Notes under the pieces: generated by a model
What the model was told of the DNA's origin: nothing
The model's database searches: none
What the model saw: only the letters and a program-made list of their open reading frames with translations
Translations under genes and position numbers: made by a program
From: Anthoceros angustus
Lineage: Eukaryota > Plantae > Anthocerotophyta
NCBI GenBank assembly: GCA_010909165.1
Contig: MU008187.1
Location: forward strand, 748,247 to 812,246
DNA: 64,000 nt
Reading direction: 5' to 3'
In this document: piece after piece, positions 1-11,600 of the stretch
Layout of the letters: every line of letters begins with the position of its first letter
Position numbering within the stretch: position 1 is the first letter of the stretch

Positions 1-209
1 ATGGTGAGATAGCAGATCGATGTCCATGCTCAACCACACAAGGCAAAGTAATCGGGGGTGGGACATACCGCTTCCTAGTAGTGAATCGATTGACGATCGA
101 GGGTTGCTTAACCACGGAGTTCCAGTGAACTCCTGGCTATGTGTCATTCATGAAGGGATGAAATATGTGTTTGATACGATGTTTCTTAAAAATTTAAATA
201 GATATTTGA

Positions 210-212
<3 letters not shown>

Positions 213-275
<63 letters not shown>

Positions 276-293
276 TCTCTCTCTCTCTCTCTT
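213..293. repeat. Compound microsatellite, (AT)~30 followed by (TC)~9
   Basis: AT dinucleotide run 213-272 and TC run 276-293 read directly. Confidence 0.97.
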
Positions 294-1985
294 AGTAGCC
301 CCCGACCCCCCAAACATACACTCTGGACAAATACAAAGGGAAAAAAGAACAAATGGGAGTGAGAAGAGAAGGCGCCATGACGTAAAGGTTACAAAAGTCA
401 AAGCTGTGCCTACCACGACACGTTAGAAGGACCAATAGACTTAAATCCTCAGGAGATAGTAATCTGACCCAAGGATGCTTAAACCGCAGAGTTCGGATGA
501 GACTCCGTGTAGTTACAAGGTATGGCCACACGATGCAAACCAATGGCTTTCACATTTTATTTATGAAGTGCGCCAACCTGCTGACACACTGGTGTGAGAA
601 TGCACCGGTAGGCCAACGCTGTCGACACGGAGTGCACGGCTTATCAATGCATTGGGCCGTGTCAATATAAAAATGTCGCATCAAGACCTCTCAATCCCAA
701 TACTGATCCGGCCCAAAGGCACTTGTCCACAAAGGTTGTTGCAAAAGTGTGGCCACACCATACAAATTCGTGGCTTTCACATTTTATTGATCAAGTGCGC
801 CAGTAGGCTGGCGCACTTGATGTAGAGTGCATTGGTAGGCGGCGCACTTAACACGGAGCGCGCCGGTAGAGCGCAAGTTTTTTTACTTTACGGGTTTTGG
901 GCGTGTCTTGGTGGCATTGATCGGAGGCCTTGACTGCAAACAACTTGTTAGGTGCTTGTTTCTTGAATCCATCATTCGATGCACTGGCCCTCCAACACAG
1001 CATTCTGCTTTCGACCTTTGTTTCTTCCTTTCGGTGGACAGTATGGGTGTGCAGATTGTATCGTCCCTAAGGACACACATATTTTGGAAGGAATAGGACT
1101 TTTGTTGTACTAAGTGAAAGGACTGCCATAGTCCCGAGTATGCCTCGGGCTGGAACTGGCATTGTCTTGGGTATGGCCCGGCAAAATCCTAGCGCACGCT
1201 ACCTCACCGCTTGCCGTTTGGGAGAAACCATGGAACTTCCCTCCATGTATATAACACCCAACTTAAATTGGGCCCCGAAACGCCAACCTCACACCCTAGT
1301 GCTCCACCACCCAAATAACCCAGCTATTTTATGGGCCAATAGAACACAATATCCGCCTCCCTTCCATGCATCTAGCGACCAACTGAAGTCGGGCCCCAAC
1401 GAAACGCCAACCTCTCACCCTGGTGCCCACCACCCAAATAACCCGAGCCAATAAATAAATTATTAAAATTTATCGTGCAATTTCCATACATATTGTGCAA
1501 TATAAATCCTTTTATGAATGGGCTGGTCGGGACTGAAGCTAGCGAGCTCATCGCCAAGCTGATATCACCTCGGACAAAAGTTGCAAACTGAGTGCTGAGA
1601 CGATCCCATGATCGGTAAATGCCAACGCTACAATCTCTGGTGTAGGTCGAGGTGCAGGTGCAGGTGCAAGTGCCCAGCTACTTTCTCCAGGTGCATTCCG
1701 GCCTTGCTCTTCTGCAGGATTTTTCTGAGCACAGCTTAACTGCCCGCTGTTCAGCAGCTTTGTGGGCACTGCCATTCATCGTCCAGATCAGTCCCCCAAC
1801 CCTGGCCTGGCTGCTGTGAAGGCTGTGGGTTTGTCCGCGGAGAAGGGACGGGTTTGTGAGCGGCCTTGTCTTGTCCATGCACCTCTAGACTACCTGTCCG
1901 GCCGTTTGGTGTGGCCATACCCAGTAACTGGGCATTTTGCCACATTCTGTTGGTAGACTCATCATCCGACAGTTGTCCCTGAACG

Positions 1986-4900
1986 ATGGGTACAGTATGG
2001 CAACCGGACCCATTGTGGACACAACAAATTGGTGTTCGAGGAGCTCCCGCTCACCTAATCTTAGGGAGACCCCTGGCAAAGACTGCCCCCAGGTGCTGCA
2101 GTGTGAGGAGCCCAGCACTTCCACTTCCGGGAAAGTGTTTGGGTAGGGACGGATTTTCCAGCGATGGTCGTTGCCAGCAGCAGGAGCACTTGTGGGAACA
2201 ATTTTTTCTGGACCCAACCATGTGGTGGGACAACAGACGAGATAAGAAGAGCTCCCGTTCTCCTGACTTCCGGCGTAAGGGGTCCGGCGAGGTGCTGTGG
2301 TTAAATAAGTTCAAGCCAGCTTGGGTTGATGAGCAGCTTATTTCCTTGGATATGCAGATGGGTCATGGTGCCTCTCCTTCCAGTCAGCTCTCCGGATAAG
2401 CCTGAACCTGGCAGGCGTGCAGGATCGGAAATGGGCGTCGTAACGGCTGGAACCGTGAGCATGTTATGTCAGCAGGGGAAGCTTTCTGAGGCCGTTGGAG
2501 CCCTGGAATCTCTGGCGCAGACAGACTCTGCTGTTTCTCGGTCTCTGTTGTACACTGTGCTGAAACTGTGTACAGCTAAGAAGGATTTGGTTGTGGGGCG
2601 ACGAGTTCATGATCTCACTGTCAAACTTGGGTACGAGTCGAATGCATACCTGGGGAATCATATCTTGCGCATGTATGCATGTGGAGGTAGGCTAGAGGAG
2701 GCAATGGATGTGTTCACCAGGGTAGGCAAACCAGATGCCTTCATGTGGTTTTCCATAATCTCTGCATATGCTAAGCATGGGAAACCCAAGGAGGCCATAC
2801 ATCTGTACTATGACATGCGAAGGTCAGGAGTGAAGGCGGATGCTCACGTCTTTGTAGCTGCCCTTCAAGCTTGTGCATTTGCCGCCGACTTGGAATCTGG
2901 CAGAAAAGTGCACTATGATGTGTTGCACAGTGGCATTCCTACCAACTTGTTTGTTGGCAACTGCCTGGTGGACATGTATGCAAAATGTGGCGAACTGAAA
3001 GATGCACGCCAGGTTTTTGACAGCATGGCCACAAAGGATGTGGTGACATGGAATGCCCTGATTGCTGGGTATGCACAGCAAGGACTCGGCCAAGAGGCGC
3101 TTGTTGTGTATGGACAAATGGAGCAGGAGGGCCTTATTTTGGCTAACCATGTTACTTTTGCTTGCCTTCTGAAGGCCTGTGCAAGCACTGGTGCGTTACA
3201 GAAGGGCAAGCAGCTGCACTCGCAGATTGTCGAAGAGGACTGCTGGATAACGTAGTGGTGGGCAACTGCCTGGTGGACATGTATGCAAAATGTGGTGAAC
3301 TGGAAGATGCACGCCAGGTTTTTGACAGCATGGCCACAAGGATGTGGTGACATGGAATGCCCTGATTGCTGGGTATGCACAGCAAGGACTCGGCCAAGAG
3401 GCGCTTGTTGTGTATGGACAAATGGAGCAGGAGGGCCTGATTTTGGCTAACCATGTTACTTTTGCTTGCCTTCTGAAGGCCTGTGCAAGCACTGGTGCCT
3501 TACAGAAGGGCAGGCAGCTGCACTCACAGATTGTCGAAGAGGACTGCTGGATGACGTAGTGGTGGGCACCTGCCTGGTGGACATGTATGCAAAATGTGGT
3601 GAACTGGAAGATGCACGCCAGGTTTTTGACAGCATGGCCACAAAGGATGTGGTGACATGGAATGCCCTGATTGCTGGGTATGCACAGCAAGGACTCGGCC
3701 AAGAGGCGCTTGTTGTGTATGGACAAATGGAGCAGGAGGCCTGATTTTGGCTGACCATGTTACTTTTGCTTGCCTTCTGAAGGCCTGTGCAAGCACTGGT
3801 GCCTTACAGAAGGGCAGGCAGCTGCACTCACAGATTGTGGAAAGAGGACTGCTGGATAACGTAATGTTGGCAACTGCCTGGTGGACATGTATGCAAAATG
3901 TGGTGAACTGGAAGATGCACGCCAGGTTTTTGACAGCTTGGCCACAAGGATGTGGTGACATGGAATGCCCTGATAGCTGGGTATGCTCAGCAAGGACTCG
4001 GCCAAGAGGCGCTTGTGTGTATGGACAAATGGAGCAGGAGGGCCTGATTTTGGCTGACCATGTTACTTTTGCCTTCTGAAGGCCTGTGCAAGCACTGGTG
4101 CCTTACAGAAGGCAGGCAGCTGCACTCACAGATTGTGGAAAGAGGACTGCTGGATGACGTAGTGTGGGCAACTGCCTGGTGGACATGTATGCAAAATGTG
4201 AACTGGAAGATGCACGCCAGGTTTTTGACAGCTTGGCCACAAAGGATGTGGTGACATGGAATGCCCTGATATCTGGGTATGGTGCTTGTGATGAAGGTCA
4301 CAAGGCACTAGCTTGTTTTGAGGAGATGTTAGTTGCCGGTATTCAGCCTGATGATGCTACTTTTACTTGCCTTTGTAGCTGCCCTTCAAGCTTGTGCATT
4401 TGCCGACTTGGAATCTGGCAGAAAAGTGCACTGTGATGTGCACAGTGGCATTCCTACCAACTTGTTTGTTGGCAACTGCCTGGTGGACATGTATGCAAAA
4501 TGTGGCGAACTGAAAGATGCACGCCAGGTTTTTGACAGCATGGCCACAAAGGATGTGGTGACATGGAATGCCCTGATTGCTGGGTATGCAGCAAGGCTTG
4601 GACATGAGGCGCTTGTTGTGTATGGACAAATGGAGCAGGAGGGCCTGCTTTTGGCTAACCATGTTACTTTTGCTTGCCTTCTGAAGGCCTGTGCAAGCAC
4701 TGGTGCCTTACAGAAGGGCAGGCAGCTGCACTCAGATTGTCGAAAGAGGACTGCTGGATGACGTAGTGGGCACCAGCCTGGTGAACATGTACGCGAAATG
4801 TGGCGAAATGGAAGATGCACGCCAGGTTTTTGAAAGCTTGGCCGAAAAGGATGTGGTGACATGGACGACCCTGATTGCTGGGTATGCACAGCAGGGCCTA

Positions 4901-6664
4901 AGCCAACAGGCGCTTGTTGTGTATGGACAAATGGAGCAAGAGGACCTGATTTTGGCTGACCATGTTACTTTTGCTTGCCTTCTGAAGGCCTGTGGAAGCA
5001 CTGGTGCCTTACAGAAGGGCAGGCAGCTGCACTCACAAATTGTCGAAAGAGGACTGTTGGATGACGTAGTGGTGGGCACTTGCCTGGTGGACATGTATGC
5101 AAAATGTGGTGAACTGGAAGATGCACGCCAGGTTTTTGACAGCATGAACAGAAAGGATGTGGTAACGTGGAATGCGCTGATAGCTGGGTATGCACAGCAT
5201 GGACTCGGCCAAGAGGCGCTTGTTGTGTATGGACAAATGGAGCAGGAGGGCCTGATTTTGGCTAACCATGTCACTTTTGCTTGCCTTCTAAAGGCCTGTG
5301 CAAGCGCTGGTGCCTTACAGAAGGGCAGGCAGCTGCGCTCACAGATTGTGGAAAGGGGACTACTGGATAACGTAATGTTGGGCAACTGCCTGGTGGACAT
5401 GTATGCAAAATGTGGTGAACTGGAAGATGCACGCCAGGTTTTTGACAGCTTGGCCACGAAGGATGTGGTGACATGGAATGCCCTGATAGCTGGGTATGCA
5501 CAGCAAGGACTCGGCCAGGAGGCGTTTGTTGTGTATGTACAAATGGAGGAGGAAGGCCTCATTTCGGCTGACCGTGTTACTTTTGCTTGCCTTCTGAATG
5601 CCTGTGCAAGCAGTGGTGCCTTAGAGAAGGGCAGGCAGCTGCACTCTCAGATTGTCGAAAGAGGACTGCTAAATGACGCAGTGCTGGGCAACTGCCTGGT
5701 GGACATGTATGCAAAATGTGGCAAACTGGAAGCCGCACGCTGGGTTTTTGACAGCTTTGGCCAGAAATGATGTGGTGACATGGAATGCCCTGATATTTGG
5801 GTATGATACTTGTGATGATAGTCACAGAGCACTAGCTTGTTTTAAGGAGATGTTAGTTGCCGGTATTCAGCCTGATGCTACTTTTACTTGCCTTCTAGTA
5901 GCATGCAGTCATGAGGACTGGTGGTGCACTTTGATTCCATGGCTGAACAGCATGGCATCAAACCTACTATTGAGCATTACACCTGCATGATTGATCTTCT
6001 TGGGCGTGCAGGCCATTTAGATGAGGCCGAGAAGATGCTATTATCATGTGAGGGCGAAAGTGATGTTGTGGGGTTGACCTCGTTGTTGAATGCATGCAAA
6101 AGTCACGGGGATATCGAGACGGCGATGTGGTGTTTCGAAAGCATTGTTAGGCTGGACCCTCAGGGGCGTCTGCATATGTGCTCATGGCGAATGCCTATGC
6201 AGATGCAGGTAGGTGGACGATGTAGACAGGATTGAAACACAGAGAAGGGTAGCAGGAGCTAACAAGAAACCTGCAGTGGCGACCATTGAGGTGAATAAGC
6301 AGGTACATAGATTTCTGGTGGGAGAAAGGAGAGGATATTGCGCTAAGGTAGATAGTACGAATGCACGTCTAAAGCAGGAAGGAGGCCACGTACCTCACAC
6401 AAAGTTGGTGTTGAAGCCACTGTGTGAGAAGGAAAAGGAAGATGCGCTTTGTGGGCATGCTGAGAAGCTAGCTCTGGCGTTTGGTCTGTTGAACACTCCA
6501 GTGGGACACCTCTGGTGGTAACGAAGAATCTACGCATGTGCAGCGACTGCCACAGTTCCACGGAGATCATGTCAAGGCTTGAACATAGAGACATTGTTGT
6601 AAGGGATGGGTACCGTGTGCATCGATTCGCAGATGGTTGTTGTAGTTGTAAAAGTCGACCGTGA
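1986..6664 (+). CDS. PLS-class PPR protein with N-terminal PDF-like motif and C-terminal E1/E2-DYW:KP domain (putative U-to-C editing factor); frameshifted in this sequence
   Basis: ORFs 1986..2399 (WWDNRR...PDF), 2326..3255 and 4691..5770 (P-L-S triplets), 5921..6235 (S2/E) and 6213..6521 ([15 protein letters not shown]). Ends CSCKSRP* at 6662-6664. Breaks are mostly 1-bp homopolymer deletions. Confidence 0.85.
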
Positions 6665-8470
6665 GAAGGAAAAGGAAGATGCTTTGTGGCAACTGCCTGG
6701 TGGACATGTATGCATGTGGAGGTAGGCTGCAGGAGGCCATACAACTGTACCATGAGATGCGTAGGTCAGGAGTCAACCCTGGCAAACCAGATGCCTTCAT
6801 GTGGTCTTCCAGTTCTGACAGTTCAACCAGGAGCTCCCGTTCGCCTGACTTCCGGCGTAAGGGTCCGGCGAGGTCCTGTGGTTAAACAGCATGGCATCAA
6901 ACCTACTATTGAGCATTACACCTGCATGATTGATCTTCTTGGGCGTGCAGGATCGGAAATGGGCGTCGTAACGGCTGGAACCGTGAGCATTACACCTGCA
7001 TGATTGATCTTCTTGGGCGTGCAGGCCATTTAGATGAGGCAGAGAAGATGCTTTGTGGCAACTGCCTGGTGGACATGTATGCAAAATGTGGTGAACTGGA
7101 AGATGCTTTGTGGGCATGCTGAGAAGCTAGCTCTGGCGTTTGGTCTGTTGGTAAACTCATCTTCCGACAGCGGTCCCTGAACGATGGCCACTGTATGGCA
7201 ACCGGACCCGTTGTGGACCCAACAAATTGGTGTGTACAGGGATTCTACCAGGAGCTCCGCTCACCTCATCAGGAGTCAACCCTGGCAAACAACCAAGCCT
7301 CCAGGTGCAGCAGTGTAAGGCCCAGCACTTCCACTTCCGAAAATGTGGTGGGGACGGTTTTCCAGCGATGGTCGTCGCCAGGAGCAGGAGCACTTGTGGC
7401 AACAATTTTTCTGGACCCTACCATGTGGTGGGACAACAGACGAGATAAGAAGAGCTCCCGTTCGCCTGACTTCCGGCGTAAGGGTCCGGCGAGGTCCTGT
7501 GGTTAAACAACATGTTTAAGCCAGCTTGGGTTGATGAGCAGCTCGTTTCCTTGGATATGCAGATGGGTCATGGTGCCTCTCCTTCCAAGTCCAGCTCTCC
7601 GGATAAGCCTGAACCTGGGAGGCGTGCAGGATCGGAAATGGGCGTCGTAACGGCTGGAACCGTGAGCATGTTATGTCAGCAGGGAAGCTTTCTGAGGCCG
7701 TTGGAGCCCTGGAATCTCTGGCGCAGACAGACTCTGCTATTTCTGGTGGGCAACTGCCTGGTGGACATGTATGCAAAATGTGGTGAACTGGAAGATGCAC
7801 GCCAGGTTTTTGACAGCATGGCATCAAACCTACTATTGAGCATTACACCTGCATGATTGATCTTCTTGGGCGTGCAGGATCGGAAATGGGCGTCGTAACG
7901 GCTGAACGATGGCCACTGTATGGCAACCGGACCCGTTGTGGACCCAACAAATTGGTGTGTGTCCAGGGATTCTACGAGGAGCTCCGCTCACCTCATCAGG
8001 AGTCAACCCTGGCAAACCAAGCCTCCAGGTGCAGCAGTGTAAGGAGCCCAGCACTTCCACTTCCGAGATGTGTGGTGGGGACGGTTTTCCAGCGATGGTC
8101 GTCGCCAGGAGCAGGAGCACTTGTGGCAACAATTTTTCTGGACCCTACCATGTGGTGGGACAACAGACGAGATAAGAAGAGCTCCCGTTCGCCTGACTTC
8201 CGGCGTAAGGGTCCGGCGAGGTCCTGTGGTTAAACAACATGTTTAAGCCAGCTTGGGTTGATGAGCAGCTCGTTTCCTTGGATATGCAGATGGGTCATGG
8301 TGCCTCTCCTTCCAAGTCCAGCTCTCCGGATAAGCCTGAACCTGGGAGGCGTGCAGGATCGGAAATGGGCGTCGTAACGGCTGGAACCGTGAGCATGTTA
8401 TGTCAGCAGGGAAGCTTTCTGAGGCCGTTGGAGCCCTGGAATCTCTGGCGCAGACAGACTCTGCTATTTC
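6665..8470 (+). other. Mosaic of PPR-gene fragments including two copies of the transit-peptide/PDF N-terminus
   Basis: Short pieces of DYW, S, P, S2 and N-terminal sequence joined at 7-10 nt shared words; N-terminal copies near 7180-7745 and 7909-8470. Confidence 0.75.
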
Positions 8471-8602
8471 TGGTCTTTTGCCATGGTCACCCAACAAGAA
8501 ACAGTGTGCACCATCCGTCAAGGTGGTGCTGTCATACGCAGTACCTGGGCATCCTGCCATAGTGTCCTGGAAGACACGTCTTCCCACAGCGGTCCCTGAA
8601 CA

Positions 8603-11600
8603 ATGGCCACTGTATGGCAACCGGACCCGTTGTGGACCCAGCAAATTGGTGTGTGTCCAGGGATTCTACGAGGAGCTCCCGCTCAACTCACGTCAGGGAG
8701 TCACCTGGCAAACAACCAAGCCTCCAGGTGCAACAGTGGGAGGAGCCCAGCACTTCCACTTCCGAGATTTTGTGTGGGTGCGGACGGGTTTTCCAACAAT
8801 GGCCGTCGGCAGGAGCAGGAGCACTTGTGGCAACAATTTTTTCTGGACCCGACCATGTGGTGGGACAACAGACAGGATAAGAAGAGCTCCCGTTCGCCTG
8901 ACTTCCGGCGCAAGGGGTCCGGCGAGGTCCTGTGGTTAAACAGCATGTTCAAGCCAGCTTGGGTTGATTTGCAGCTCTTTTCCTTGGATATGCAGATGGG
9001 TCATGGTGCCTCTCCTTCCAAGTCAGCTCTCCGGATAAGCCTGAACCTGGGAGGCGTGCAGGATCGGAATGGGCGTCGTAACGGCTGGAACCGTGAGCAT
9101 GTTATGTCAGCAGGGAAAGCTTTCCGAGGCCGTTGGAGCCCTGGAATCTCTGGCGCAGACAGACTCTGCTATTTCTCAGTCTCTGTTTTCCACTGTGCTA
9201 AAACTGTGTACAGCTAAGAAGGATCTGGTTGTGGGCCGACGAGTTCATGATCTCAGTGTCAAACTTGGATACGAGTCGAATGCGTACCTGGGGAACCATA
9301 TGTTGCGCATGTACGCATGTGGAGGTAGGCTGCAGGAGGCCATGGATGTGTTCACCAGGGTAGGCAAACCAGATGTCTTCATGTGGTCTTCCATAATCTC
9401 ACATGCTAAGCATGGGAAACCTAAGGAGGCCATACAACTGTACCATGAGATGCGTAGGTCAGGAGTGAAGGCGGATGCTCACGTCTTTGTAGCTGCCCTT
9501 CAAGCTTGTGCATTGGCCGACTTGGAATCTGGCAGAAAAGTGCACTGTGATGTGGTGCACAGTGGCATTCCTACTAACTTGTTTGTTGGCAACTGCCTGG
9601 TGGACATGTATGCAAAATGTGGTGAACTGGAAGATGCACGCCAGGTTTTTGACAGCATGGCCACAAAGGATGTGGTGACATGGAATGCCCTGATTGCTGG
9701 GTATGCAGCAAGGACTCGGCCAAGAGGCGCTTGTTGTGTATGGACAAATGGAGGAGGAGGCGGGCCTCATTTTGGCTAACCATGTTACTTTTGCTTGCCT
9801 TCTGAAGGCCTGTGCAAGCACTGGTGCCTTACAGAAGGGCAGGCAGCTGCACTCACAGATTGTTGAAAGAGGACTGCTGGATAACGTAGTGGTGGGCACT
9901 GCCTGGTGGATATGTATGCAAAATGTGGTCAACTGGAAGACGCACGCCTGGTTTTTGACAGCATGAACACAAAGGATGTGGTGACATGGACCATGCTGAT
10001 TTCTGGGTATTCCCACCAAGGGCTTGGACATGAGGCACTTGCTGTGTATGGACAAATGGAGGAGGCAGGGCTGATCTTAGCTGACCATGTTACTTTTTCT
10101 TGCCTTCTGAAGGCCTGTGCAAGCACTGGTGACTTACAGGAGGGCAGGCAGCTGCACTTGCAGATTGTTGAAAGAGGACTGCTGGATAACGTAGTGATGG
10201 GCACCTGCCTGGTGGACATGTATGCAAAATGTGGTGAGCTGGGTGATGCACGCCAGGTTTTTGACGGCTTGGCCACAAAGGATGTGGTGACATGGACGGC
10301 CCTGATAGCTGGGTATGCAGCAAGGACTCGGCCAAGAGGCGCTTGTTGTATGGACAAATGGAGGAGGGCCTCATTTTGGCTGACCATGTTACTTTTGCTT
10401 GCCTTCTGAAGGCCTGTGCAAGCACTGGTGCCTTACAGAAGGGCAGGCAGCTGCACTCACAGATTGTCGAAAGAGGACTGCTGGATAACGCAGTGGTGGG
10501 CACTGCCTGGTGGACATGTATGCAAAATGTGGTGAACTGGAGATGCCAGGTTTTTGACAGCAGCCACAAAGGATGTGGTGACATGGAATGCCCTGATATC
10601 TGGGTATGGTGCTTGTGATGAAGGTCACAAGGCACTAGCTTGTTTTGAGGAGATGTTAGTTGCCGGTATTCAGCCTGATGATGCTACTTTACTTGCCTTT
10701 TAGCATGCAGTCATGAGGACTGGTCCACGAGGGTCGCAAGCACTTTGATTCCATGGCTGAACAGCATGGCATCAAACCTACTATTGAGCATTACAATTGC
10801 ATGATTGATCTTCTTGGGCGTGCAGGCCATTTAGATGAGGCAGAGAAGATGCTATTATCATGTGAGGCCAAAGTAATGTTGTGGGCCGACGAGTTCATGA
10901 TCTCAGTGTCAAACTTGGATACGAGTCGAATGCGTACCTGGGGAACCATATGTTGCGCATGTACGCATGTGGAGGTAGGCTCCAGGAGGCCATGGATGTG
11001 TTCACCAGGTTAGGCAATCCAGATGTTTTCACGTGGTCTTCCATCATATCTGCACATGCGAAACACGGGAAACCTAAGGAGGCCGTACAACTGTACCATG
11101 AGATGCGTAGGTCGGGAGTGAAGGCGGATGCTCACGTATTCGTAGCTGCCCTTCAAGCTTGTGCATTGGCCGCCGACTTGGAATCTGGCAGAAAAGTGCA
11201 CTGTGATGTGGTGCAAAGTTGCATTCCGCCTGACTTGTTTGTTGGCGCCAGCCTGGTGGACATGTATGCAAAATGTGGCGAGCTGAAAGATGCACACAAG
11301 GTTTTTGACAGCTTGCCCACAAAGAATGTGGTGACATGGAATGCCCTGATATCTGGGTATGCAAAATGTGGTGAACTGAAAGATGCACGCCAGGTTTTTG
11401 ACAGCATGGCCACCAAGAACGTGGTGACATGGAATGCCCTGATAGCTGGGTATGCCAAGCAAGGGCTCGGACGTGAGGCGCTTGTTCTGTATGGACAAAT
11501 GGAGGAGGATGGCCTCATTTTGGCGGACCATGTCACTTTTGCTTGCCTTCTGAAGGCGTGTGCAAGCACTGGTGCCTTACAGAAGGGCAGACAGCTGCAC

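Noticed and set aside
20-416. ORFs with IYIYIY runs
   Set aside because: Translations of the (AT)n microsatellite.
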